From: Phycisphaerales bacterium
Lineage (GTDB): Bacteria; Planctomycetota; Phycisphaerae; UBA1845; UTPLA1
DNA: 64,000 nt
Reading direction: 5' to 3'
NCBI GenBank assembly: GCA_020639075.1
Contig: JACKHI010000001.1
Coordinates: forward strand, 2,662,315-2,726,314
The translations under genes were made by a program, and so were the position numbers. Positions 48,415 through 57,642 of this stretch are shown piece after piece. Position 1 is the first letter of the stretch; each line of letters opens with the position of its first letter. A model generated the notes under the pieces. The model searched no databases. It was not told the DNA's origin and saw only the letters and a list, made by a program, of their open reading frames with translations.

Positions 48415-49329
48415 ATGGCCATTATCAATACGGGGCTATTGACGAAGGGGCTCAAGAGCGAATTCTTCAATCGGCTCGAAGCAACGAAGACGCATTACCA
48501 GGATTTGTCGACGCGCGTGACGTCGACGACGGATCGCGAGACGTATCGCTGGCTCGGCACCGTTCCGCAGGTTCGCGAATGGGGCACGGGCCGACTCGCG
48601 AAGGGGTTGCGCAACGAGAGCTACTCCATCGAAAATCTCAAGTATGAGTCGACGCTGGAAGTCGATCGCGACGAAATCAGCGACGACCAGACGGGGCAGA
48701 TACGATTGCGCGTGGCGGAACTGGCCGAACGCGCAGCGACGCACAAGGACTTCCTCATTGCGCAATTGCTGGCCAATGGCGAGATGGCGGGGAACGACGG
48801 CTACGACGGCGTCAGTTTCATCAATGCCAATCACGTTTCGGGCGCATCCGGGACGCAAAGCAACCTGATGTCATTCGACGCCGCCGATGTCGCCGAGCCG
48901 ACGGTCGATGAGTTCAAGGAGGCGCTCAAGGCGGCGATCAGCCAAATGCTCGGATTCAAGGACGACCAGGGCGAGCCGATGATGACGACGGCGAGCGGTC
49001 TGACCTGCGTCGTACCAACGACGATGTTGTTCACCGCGTCGGAGGCGATCAACTCCACGGTCATCGACAATTCGACGAACGTGCTGCACGGCATCGCGCG
49101 GGTGATCGCCTTTCCGTGGCTGACCGACCTCTCCAAATGGTACCTGTTGAAGACCGACGGGGTCGTGCGGCCCTTCATTTTCCAGGATCGCGAGCCGATT
49201 GAGTTCAACGCATTGACCGAAGATTCGGACGAGGGCTTCCGGCGCGAGAAGTTCCTGTTCGGCGTGCGGGCGCGGTATCGCATGGCCTATGGCTACTGGC
49301 AATTCGCCGTGCGGACGGACTTCATCTAA
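48415..49329 (+). CDS. Mu-like major head subunit (gpT family)
   Basis: MAIINTGLLTKGLKSEFFNRLEATKTHYQDLSTRVTSTTDRETYRWLGTVPQVREWGTGRLAKGL matches the gpT/PF10124 N-terminus. Confidence 0.8.
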   Translation: MAIINTGLLTKGLKSEFFNRLEATKTHYQDLSTRVTSTTDRETYRWLGTVPQVREWGTGRLAKGLRNESYSIENLKYESTLEVDRDEISDDQTGQIRLRVAELAERAATHKDFLIAQLLANGEMAGNDGYDGVSFINANHVSGASGTQSNLMSFDAADVAEPTVDEFKEALKAAISQMLGFKDDQGEPMMTTASGLTCVVPTTMLFTASEAINSTVIDNSTNVLHGIARVIAFPWLTDLSKWYLLKTDGVVRPFIFQDREPIEFNALTEDSDEGFRREKFLFGVRARYRMAYGYWQFAVRTDFI

Positions 49330-49500
49330 AGCCGGCGCACGGATGTCCCATCTCCGAGTGGGCACGGGGATGGGGCATTCTGCGCTTGTTGAAGATCTCA
49401 GCCCCAGTATCCGCGCAATAGGTTTGACGCCCGACCCGATCCGTCCAAGCCCGACATCAGGCGCGGGGTACGGTGTCTTTCATCAGAGAGGAAAACTGTC

Positions 49501-49944
49501 ATGGCATACGTATCAAATGCGGACATACAGGCGCTGCTCGGAACAGCGGCGACGATCGAGCTGACGGACGACGCGGGGAGCGGGACGATCAACGCGTCGA
49601 TTCTGACGACGGCCCGAATCGGCGCCGAAGGCGAGGCCAACAGCTACTTCGCGACACGCTATCGGGTTCCGGTCGAACTATCGAACGAAGCCGAAGTTGC
49701 GGCCGTGATTCAGACATTCGTCCTTGATCTGGCGGTCTATCGGCTGCACAGCCGCAAGCCACCGATCCCCGATGACATCGTCCGCCGGCGACAGGAGGCG
49801 GTTGCCTGGCTATCGCGCGTGGCGGATGGTCGTGTGCGCCTGCCGTCCATCGCATTGCTGCAAGACAACGACGCGGCAGGGTTGATCGGCAAGGCGACAG
49901 GGCCCACACGAACCATGACGCGCGAGTCATTGGACGACATCTGA
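49501..49944 (+). CDS. Mu gp36-like head-tail connector protein (DUF1320)
   Basis: MAYVSNADIQALLG...LTDDAGSGTINASILTTARIGAEGEANSYFATRYRVPVE fits the DUF1320 pattern. Confidence 0.7.
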   Translation: MAYVSNADIQALLGTAATIELTDDAGSGTINASILTTARIGAEGEANSYFATRYRVPVELSNEAEVAAVIQTFVLDLAVYRLHSRKPPIPDDIVRRRQEAVAWLSRVADGRVRLPSIALLQDNDAAGLIGKATGPTRTMTRESLDDI

Positions 49945-50054
49945 GAAACGTGAGGGCGACGACGTGACGCAGCGAACCGGGTAACGGCACGATTGCGCCG
50001 TCGAATCGGGTGTCGGCGTCACGTTCGCCAACGACTCCGGGAAAGAGGATCCAC

Positions 50055-50882
50055 ATGTCTCGACTGGGCGACATCGAATCAACCATCGTTTCTCGACTCT
50101 CAACAGCAACCGTGGCTGGCAGCCCGGCATATGCGACGATCGAAGGCGTCAGCGGCGGCAATCGAGCCGCGCTCCGCGAGGCACTGCGACGTGAACGAAT
50201 GCCGGCGGCCTACGTCTCCTTCGTCGATGAACCGTTGGCGCCGGAGGTGCGAGAGGCGATTCGCGGCTCGAGGTTTGCGGTGCTCGTCGCCGATCGAACG
50301 TTGCGACCGGCGTCGGATCCGAGGCTGGGTGACGAGTCGACGCCCGGAACATTCGCCCTGCTGGATGCGGCCCAGGCCGTACTGGACGACTTCTCTCCGG
50401 CGGCGGGGACTCGTCTTGTCGCTATTCAGGCGCGATTCGTCGAGGCGGATGATCGCGTCGGCATGTATGAACTGCTCTATCGCGCGTGGCCGATCGACGA
50501 GGTCGCACCAAGCGTGCTGGAATTCGATGGAAGCACGATCGCCGGCGCGCTCAGCGAATTGCGTGCGGACATCGGAAGTTTTCGCGTCGTGCCCGAGGAT
50601 CCGGAGGCCGATCCGCCTTGGACGTATGTCAACACGTCGCGCCCCATCGTCTGGCGCGGAGAGATTCGCTCGACGACCCATGCGGCGATGTGGGCGATCG
50701 AAGACAACATCGAGGCGCTCATCGCGGCGCGAACCGTCGCAACGCTCAAAAGCGTCCACGGTCAAAACCTCGACGACTGCCTGATCGAGCGGTACGAGCG
50801 CGTCGGGGCGCGGCGGATCGTCGGGACGCGCATTACGCAGCCCGCGGCGATTCACTTCTCGCAGTTGACGCCGGTGCCGTAG
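50055..50882 (+). CDS. Mu gp37-like protein (DUF1834-like), last phage-type gene of the module
   Basis: Position after the gp36-like gene. GAAAGAGGA RBS before ATG 50055. Its last 250 bp are duplicated at 56238-56492. Confidence 0.5.
   Translation: MSRLGDIESTIVSRLSTATVAGSPAYATIEGVSGGNRAALREALRRERMPAAYVSFVDEPLAPEVREAIRGSRFAVLVADRTLRPASDPRLGDESTPGTFALLDAAQAVLDDFSPAAGTRLVAIQARFVEADDRVGMYELLYRAWPIDEVAPSVLEFDGSTIAGALSELRADIGSFRVVPEDPEADPPWTYVNTSRPIVWRGEIRSTTHAAMWAIEDNIEALIAARTVATLKSVHGQNLDDCLIERYERVGARRIVGTRITQPAAIHFSQLTPVP
50632..50882. repeat. Direct repeat copy 1 (3' end of the gp37-like gene including its stop)
   Basis: Near-identical (about 5 mismatches in 250 bp) to 56238-56492. Confidence 0.8.
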
Positions 50883-50973
50883 CTGCGCGGCGGCGATTGA
50901 TGATCTGTCCGGCCATTCGGGTTTGGCGGCAATCCCCGAGCGAGCGAGACCTCGCACGAACTGCGGCGGGATG

Positions 50974-51879
50974 TCAAGGAACCGATTGCCGCAAATTGTC
51001 GGGCAGATGCAGGTCGTTGCGCGGCGCCTCGCGACCGGCTGGCGGCGGAATTGTGCCGAGATAATCCGGTCGGGGGCCGGACTCAGTCGTCTGCGGTTCA
51101 CTCAGTCGTACGCGCCGCGCGAAACGCGCGGGTTGCCACTGCGCCGGATCCGGAGTCAAGAAAATCGCAACCTGCCGTCTGTTCAATCCATCCCAATCGA
51201 CGCCGCGCGCGGAATAGATGCCCACGACGCAGACCCGGCCGTCGGCCCCCAGGACGGCCACGGGGCCGCCCGACATCCCGGCCGTGTCCGTCGGCGGCAC
51301 GACCGCTCGTTTGACGCGCGGGCCGTCGCCCGCTCTTGGCGCAATGATTCGCCCCATGATGATTTTCGGCGATCGCGCCTGAAGCGCCGCCTCCGCGTCA
51401 CCGCCCGTCGCCCCCGTTGTAAAACCGCCGATGAAGACGGCCTCCCCGATTTGGAAATCGTGGTCCGGGTCGAGGTCGTTGTAATGCCAGCAATCCGTCA
51501 TACACGCCAGCACGGCCCAGTCGTCGGCGCGCGCGCGATGCGGGTCAGCCGCCTGCGCGGTCCGCAGAAATGGGTACATCCGTCGCCCTGCGACCGTCGC
51601 AAAGTCGGCATCATTCAACACGTGCGCCGCGCAAACGACGTTGCGCGGGTGCGTCGGGAATCCGGAGCCCCAAATCCCCGTGCGCACCGGAAGAACGATG
51701 AGCTGCCGGCGCACCTCGCGAATTGCGGCCGCATCCTGCTCGGGACCTGGCGCAATACACCTGGTCGTGGACGCCAGCATCACAAACAGCGTGAGGTAAA
51801 TACCGGTTCGCGGCAGTTTGTCCGGCGCCGATCGTCGTCGTGTCTGTGTTCGGTTGCTGCCAGTGGGTTCGCCGCGCAT
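50974..51879 (-). CDS. Trypsin-like S1 serine peptidase (paralog A), secreted
   Basis: Catalytic motifs VVCAAHVLND (His), DDWAVL (Asp), GMSGGPV (Ser). Signal peptide. Start 51879 (the ORF extends to 51990). Confidence 0.7.
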   Translation of the reverse strand: MRGEPTGSNRTQTRRRSAPDKLPRTGIYLTLFVMLASTTRCIAPGPEQDAAAIREVRRQLIVLPVRTGIWGSGFPTHPRNVVCAAHVLNDADFATVAGRRMYPFLRTAQAADPHRARADDWAVLACMTDCWHYNDLDPDHDFQIGEAVFIGGFTTGATGGDAEAALQARSPKIIMGRIIAPRAGDGPRVKRAVVPPTDTAGMSGGPVAVLGADGRVCVVGIYSARGVDWDGLNRRQVAIFLTPDPAQWQPARFARRVRLSEPQTTESGPRPDYLGTIPPPAGREAPRNDLHLPDNLRQSVP

Positions 51880-52053
51880 TGGCAGTGCGTTATACGCCTG
51901 CACCGCCACCGGATCAACGACGGCGGTGTAGGCCGCGAATGTCGGCAGTCGGAAAAGGCAACGGAACGCAAAAGGCGGTCCATGCGGCATTGAGCCGCAT
52001 GTACCGCCGCTGGCTTCTGGAATGGATGACAGACCAATCCCGCGCTCGCGAGA

Positions 52054-52473
52054 CTACTCCACAACATTGGATGCGTAGTCGTTGAAAATACGCTTGTCGC
52101 GATAGTCGTACGCCGTTGCCGTGTAGACAATGGTCTCGTTCAGCGTCAGGGTGCCGACGGGCAGGCAGCCGTAGAGACACTGGCGGCCTTCGCTGTCTTT
52201 CCGCACGGCCATCTTGTATTCCGTATCGTTGACTCTTATCGAGCCGTATGCCGGCAGCATCTCTTCCGGCAGCTCTGTCATGGGTGTGAGCTTGAGCTCT
52301 GCGGAACCATCTTTCCAGACGCGGGTCTCGTAGCGGATCGGCTGATCCCAATAGCCCGCCTCGCCACTCGTCTCAATCACCGGATTTTCGGACCACGCGA
52401 TCGAACCGGCAAATGCGCTGAGGGTGGAAACGACTGCCAACGCGGCCAGCACGAATGCAATTCGGGGTTTCAT
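52054..52473 (-). CDS. Small secreted protein (139 aa), paralog of 45540..45968; candidate partner of the S1 peptidases
   Basis: Signal peptide MKPRIAFVLAALAVVSTLSAFA. Conserved core shared with 45540..45968. Located between the two peptidase genes. Confidence 0.6.
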   Translation of the reverse strand: MKPRIAFVLAALAVVSTLSAFAGSIAWSENPVIETSGEAGYWDQPIRYETRVWKDGSAELKLTPMTELPEEMLPAYGSIRVNDTEYKMAVRKDSEGRQCLYGCLPVGTLTLNETIVYTATAYDYRDKRIFNDYASNVVE

Positions 52474-52861
52474 TGAAGTCTCCTGCGCTGGTCATTATGA
52501 CATTGGTGCTTGTTCATTTCACGCTCTCATCCGTACAGTTGGCAACAACGGTCCGAAAGCACTTCGAGAACGACGCCCCGACCGAAGGCGCTCAGTAGAA
52601 ATCGTTCCGGGCCGAGTGCTTCCCGCAAAATACCATACATGTGTCGCCCCAAGGTGACATTTGACTGGGGCCCGATGGCCGCCGCGGTCATCGGGGGCGA
52701 GTAGCCAATTACGGGATCCACCGCATCGACGTTCGCAAGTGCACATCAAATAGCGAGCCGTGAGTTTCGAGTTTCGATGGACTTGACTGGCGGAGAACTT
52801 GCAGTCGGCAAGATGGCGCCGAACTCAACCACTGTCGCCCTGCAGCGCTTTGCCCGCTCAG

Positions 52862-53725
52862 TTAGCGCCTCCCCGTGGCCTGGCTACGCAGGTATTCCGG
52901 CAGGAACAAATCGCCGTCCATCGGATTCGCACCCAATGGCGGAAAGGTCCCATCGAAGCTCTTGCGATGCACAATCTTTTCGGGCGCATGGCCCGAATCG
53001 AACATGTCGAAGCAGGCCCGGCCCCACTGCTGTTTCGTCGGCACGATGAATGCACATAGCTGTTTTCGAGCCAGCGGGCTCCAATACGATGCGCCGCCGA
53101 CTGCTACGCCGATCACCTTGACCCGACCATCTGCGCCAATAACCGCCACCGGGCCGCCGGAAATCCCGGAGTGGTCCCGCCACGGCACATGCGCCCGATA
53201 GAGTGGGCCAGCGTCGCCGGATCGGCGAGGAAACACGGCACCGGAGAACACGCCGGGGGCTGCGGCCCGCGCCCCGTTCGTATACCCGCCGAAATAGACC
53301 GTGTCGCCCGCCGACAATGCGACTTCCGGCTCGATGTCGTTGCAGTGCCAGAGATTCTCGGCAACGCCGAGGATTGCCCAGTCCTCGCTGCGCGGCCGAT
53401 CGGGATCCATACAGTACGACTTGCGTGAAAGCGGTTCCGTCGTGTGGCCGGCGACGTCGACGGTCGCCTGTGCGTCGACGATGTGCGCGGCTGTGATGAG
53501 GTTGCGGCGACTCGTTGGAAAGCACGAGCCGTATGTGCCATCGGGGTTCCTGATCGGCAGAACGATCAGTTGGTCTCGAACGCGACTGATTCCGGCGGAA
53601 TCCTGGATAGGATCGACCACCGGGGCGCAACCGAGCACGCCTGTCATTGCGGCGGAGAGCGTGGCGGCCCACGCCCATTGGCGCGCTAATAGTCTGATTC
53701 GACTGTGTTGTGTCACCGCCGGCAT
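52862..53725 (-). CDS. Trypsin-like S1 serine peptidase (paralog B), lipoprotein
   Basis: LITAAHIVDA (His), EDWAIL (Asp), GISGGPVAV (Ser). Lipobox LGC. About 40% identical to paralog A. Confidence 0.7.
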   Translation of the reverse strand: MPAVTQHSRIRLLARQWAWAATLSAAMTGVLGCAPVVDPIQDSAGISRVRDQLIVLPIRNPDGTYGSCFPTSRRNLITAAHIVDAQATVDVAGHTTEPLSRKSYCMDPDRPRSEDWAILGVAENLWHCNDIEPEVALSAGDTVYFGGYTNGARAAAPGVFSGAVFPRRSGDAGPLYRAHVPWRDHSGISGGPVAVIGADGRVKVIGVAVGGASYWSPLARKQLCAFIVPTKQQWGRACFDMFDSGHAPEKIVHRKSFDGTFPPLGANPMDGDLFLPEYLRSQATGRR

Positions 53726-53856
53726 CCGCAACTCGCCCGCCGTCTGAGGAAATACTGCCCCGCCGCGCCGGCAGGCGAGCATTGACCCTAACGAAACGTG
53801 CGTGCGCCAGCAACCTGGCGCACGCACGACCAACTCACATTACGGTATGGCGGCTG

Positions 53857-54639
53857 CTAGAGGCTGAACTTCATGCTGACCTCGCCATCCTTGTATAGTA
53901 GGATGGTGTCAAAGTCGTCGTAGGGGCCGTTGAGCCCGAGGCTATACTTCGTGCCGCCGGTCTCGAAATCAAGCGACTTCACTCCCAGGCGCCCCAGCAC
54001 CTCGATCGTTTGTCCAAGGGTCGCCTGGTTGACTTGCACCATGAGGGCGGGCTCCGCGGAATCCGCCAGGGGGACGTCATAGATCTCTATTCTGTCTTCG
54101 CCAATTGCAGTCAACAATTCGGGAACTTGCTCCCACGGGAGCGCCCAATGTCGGTCGCAGACGACAAAGAATGTCAATCGGTCGCCGCTGGACAGCTTGC
54201 CGGGCGAAACTGGCGCGTATGCGTATGCACTGACCATAAGGTGAAGGTTGCCGTATTCGTCTGGGTCAAGCCCGTACTCGCTTCGCGTCGATGAACCCGA
54301 CGTGATCGGGGGATATTTATCCGGGTCGAAACCCGGCCATTGGGTTGGGTTTCTTGGCTTTCCATTCTCATCGAAACCGAGGCACTTCGGCGGTGTCACG
54401 CCTTCCGCGCACCACTCCCGATTGCCGTTTCGGTCGAAGACCCAGGTAATTCCTGTATTTGGGTCGTAGCTTCGCACTTTGGCGCGGGGCTCGCCCACAG
54501 CATGGGCCGGGCGAGGCACATCGTCCGATTCGCGTTCGTTCGTATTGCCCTCGTACTCGCTTCCGGGGTTGATGCACCCGGCCAGTAATGGTGCAACGAC
54601 CAATGCCAATACCAGCGTTGTCAGCTTTCTCTGTTTCAT
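53857..54639 (-). CDS. Lipoprotein, hypothetical
   Basis: Signal peptide with lipobox LLAGC. No recognisable domain. Confidence 0.55.
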   Translation of the reverse strand: MKQRKLTTLVLALVVAPLLAGCINPGSEYEGNTNERESDDVPRPAHAVGEPRAKVRSYDPNTGITWVFDRNGNREWCAEGVTPPKCLGFDENGKPRNPTQWPGFDPDKYPPITSGSSTRSEYGLDPDEYGNLHLMVSAYAYAPVSPGKLSSGDRLTFFVVCDRHWALPWEQVPELLTAIGEDRIEIYDVPLADSAEPALMVQVNQATLGQTIEVLGRLGVKSLDFETGGTKYSLGLNGPYDDFDTILLYKDGEVSMKFSL

Positions 54640-55070
54640 GCTCTCGGCTCCAATCGTTAACGCGACCGCCTATTCGGCCGCGCAGTCACTGAGTACGCAA
54701 TGGAGCGGTAATTTGCAAGCATTTTTTTGGGGATTACCGCCGGAATGGCATCGATTGTCATTGGATTGCCACCCGTGTGGCATTGCAATCGTAGCGCGTG
54801 GCACCGGCCCGCGAACCGCCCGCGGACGGGGACTATTTTGCAATTGGGCCCAGATGTTCCGCAATTCCGCGTCTCGCCAATCGAATTTCCATTTTTGAAT
54901 GCGGTCGCGCGCTCGGATTCGGCGTCGCAGTTCTGGATACGTGTTCCACCGAGGCACCGGCGCCCTAGCGCATTTTTTTGTCTCGAGCGCGTATTGGGCG
55001 TACCCCGGGAGCGGGCCGGTCGGCAGGAACGGCTGTAGCGCGATTAGGGGCGTTTCGCAGCGGAATCCGC

Positions 55071-55760
55071 CTATCCCCCCACCGTCGCGGACGCGACAGC
55101 CGAAAGCGGGCCGCGTTCGCCGCGCGTGTTCACCCACCGTAAGACATAGCTTGCCGTCTTACCGCCATCGGCGCCGCCGAACTCCACCACCGCCGGCGTG
55201 CGCGTGGCCAGATTCACGAAACCGAATGGTGCAAGGGATCCGGTGGACGGTGGATCGATTGACGGGGTAGCGCCCCCAACATGGACCCAGATCTCCGCGC
55301 CGATGACGCCCTTCGGCTTCGCCCGCCGTGTCGGCATCCGCGAATCGGCGAAATGCAAAGTATGACGCAGCCGCTCCGACGTATCGACTGAGATCAACGG
55401 CACGCTTGTCGGGACATCCGACGGCGTGAGGACAGAGTCACGAATCGTGATTCCTAACGCCGCGCGCATGGCATCGCTCGTCGACTCAGCATCCTGAATC
55501 CGCGCGACAAGCGACCGGACTTGCGACTTCAGTGCCTTCATCGCGAGCGCCTTCGCTGAAGCGGCCTCCGCATAGGCGGCGCGCGCTGCGGCCAGACCGG
55601 CATAGTGCTTCTGCCACGTGACGCTCTGTTCCTGCAGCTTTTCGACATCCCCATCCGAAAGGCCCAGCGCTTTCGAATGTGCGACGGCGTAGGCGACAAA
55701 GTTCTCCTGCCACGCATCGAATGCGCCGCCGGCATCGGGCATGAAATCGGTGGTTCGCAT
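55071..55760 (-). CDS. Hypothetical protein, first gene of the antisense cassette
   Basis: 229-aa ORF with coding-like composition. N-terminal half alpha-helical and Ala-rich. Confidence 0.4.
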   Translation of the reverse strand: MRTTDFMPDAGGAFDAWQENFVAYAVAHSKALGLSDGDVEKLQEQSVTWQKHYAGLAAARAAYAEAASAKALAMKALKSQVRSLVARIQDAESTSDAMRAALGITIRDSVLTPSDVPTSVPLISVDTSERLRHTLHFADSRMPTRRAKPKGVIGAEIWVHVGGATPSIDPPSTGSLAPFGFVNLATRTPAVVEFGGADGGKTASYVLRWVNTRGERGPLSAVASATVGG

Positions 55761-56237
55761 TGCTCGGCCCTCCCCTGCCGATTTTGTCGGGCATCTTCGC
55801 CTGATGATTCAATGGGCGGCACGCCAATACACCGTTCTCGGAAACTGCGAACGCAAACCGAATTTCGCCGGTGCCACCGTCATGTCGTTGTACCGCGCAC
55901 CGACCCGCAATCAGGTCCGATCAGTCGTTACCACGGGCCGCCCGGCGCGAGAGGGCGCATTACCAACACGCAATGCCGTTGGATTGCACGAGAGTAGCGA
56001 ATTTATAGGCGACCGGCGCGCGGGAATGAGCCCCGCTCCCCCGGCGCGGCGCGCCGGGGATCCGGCACACCGCGCCGGAATACCGGAATGAAACAACGGA
56101 TGTCTGTCGCGCCATCACAGAGCCCCGGCGCGCCAATGCACTTCGGCGGCGCGCCATGGCGGACATCTGCGGCGCAACCACAGCGGACTGCCGCGCCCGT
56201 ACGGAGACGCTGCCGCCGGGCCCCCCGCCGACAGGCG

Positions 56238-56492
56238 GAATGCGCGTCGCGCCCCATCATCTGGCGCGGAGAGATTCGCTCGACGACCCATGCGGCGATG
56301 TGGGCGATCGAAGACAACATCGAGGCGCTCATCGCGGCGCGAACCGTCGCAACGCTCAAAAGCGTCCACGGTCAGAACCTCGACGACTGCCTGATCGAGC
56401 GGTACGAGCGCGTCGGGGCGCGGCGGATCGTCGGGACGCGCATCACGCAACCCGCGGCGATTCACTTCTCGCAGTTGACGCCGGTGCCGTAG
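56238..56492 (+). pseudogene. Truncated duplicate of the gp37-like 3' end (direct repeat copy 2)
   Basis: Encodes ...RPIIWRGEIRSTTHAAMWAIEDNIEALIAARTVATLKSVHGQNLDDCLIERYERVGARRIVGTRITQPAAIHFSQLTPVP*, identical to the C-terminus of 50055..50882 apart from a few SNPs. No start codon or N-terminal region. Confidence 0.75.
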
Positions 56493-56642
56493 TGCACTAT
56501 CTCAGACTTGCGCGTTGTTCAATACCTGGAGAATTCGGGCTCCGAAGCCGACACTCCCCTACTTAGTAACCACCCAACTGAGTCGCGATCGAGTCGTCAT
56601 TGGCGGCGTTGGGGTTCTCGTGCGATCGGCTACAATGTCGGC

Positions 56643-57515
56643 ATGGCGATCAACCCCACAGTTGGCGAATCTCGGGACCTCACCGGCGGCGGCATGTTGC
56701 TGGCGCGCGAGATTCGTTTTTCGATCGATCGCGACTGGGCGGCGGCGGCGCACGGCGAAGACGGGTTTGGCAGCGCGCATCCCATCACGAATTCCTGGGG
56801 CGGCTGGCCGTCCGCCGTCGGGATCGCTCCCTATCTCGTGCTTCGTATTGAGGTGGTCGGCACGCCCGACACCGTGACGGGATACCTCGTCAATATCATG
56901 GAGCTCGATCGGCTGTTGCGCAATCACGCGCTGCCGCAAGCGGCGCGCAAGTTGCGCGAGCGCGGCGTGCACCTGACGGGCGAGTTGCTGATTCGCGGCA
57001 TCTGGGAGGAACTGTCCGGGCGCGAAGCCGAGGCCTGGTCGATGCGGGCGCTGACGTTGTGGACGACGCCGCATCTGTCGTATGCGATTCGCGCGGGAGA
57101 CGCTGACATGACGGAACTAACGCAGTGCTTCGAGTTTTCTGCCTCGCATCGACTGCACGTGGCGTCGATGAGCGATGAAGACAATCGTCAATACTTCGGA
57201 AAGTGCAACAACCTGAACGGCCACGGCCACAACTATCGCGTCGAAGTCACGATCGGCCGGGAATCGCTGGACTCCGCCGGACGCGTCGCAGCGATCCCGA
57301 AGTTTGAATCCGTCGTCCAACACGAAGTCATCGATCGGCTCGATCACAAGCATCTCAATGCCGACGTCCCCGAGTTTCGCGACGTCAACCCATCCGTCGA
57401 GAACATCGCTCGAACCGTCTGGTCATATCTGCAAGGCAAGCTGGAGCCGGCCCGCCTCGTTCGGGTTCGCGTCTGGGAAACGGCCAAGACTTATGCCGAA
57501 TACCGCGGCGAATGA
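56643..57515 (+). CDS. 6-pyruvoyl-tetrahydropterin synthase / QueD-family protein (about twice the usual length)
   Basis: Catalytic triad region CNNLNGHGHNYRVEVTI...HKHLN...PSVENIA in the C-terminal half. The N-terminal half is a second PTPS-like repeat. Confidence 0.7.
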   Translation: MAINPTVGESRDLTGGGMLLAREIRFSIDRDWAAAAHGEDGFGSAHPITNSWGGWPSAVGIAPYLVLRIEVVGTPDTVTGYLVNIMELDRLLRNHALPQAARKLRERGVHLTGELLIRGIWEELSGREAEAWSMRALTLWTTPHLSYAIRAGDADMTELTQCFEFSASHRLHVASMSDEDNRQYFGKCNNLNGHGHNYRVEVTIGRESLDSAGRVAAIPKFESVVQHEVIDRLDHKHLNADVPEFRDVNPSVENIARTVWSYLQGKLEPARLVRVRVWETAKTYAEYRGE

Positions 57516-57642
57516 CGCCAGTCGAGTATGCATTAAGTAGATCTCCCTCAACGAAAACACCCTGCTCGCCGGCAATCATCCTACCGCCGGATCGACGCGC
57601 CAATCGCAATCTCTCCGTTGCGCGTGGAATCCCGACGCGCAA

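Noticed and set aside
30869-56492. Integrase or recombinase marking an integrative element at the tRNA genes
   Set aside because: No tyrosine or serine recombinase-like ORF was found between the tRNA-Phe and the end of the phage-derived region. The only recombinases are the IS4 and IS110 transposases.
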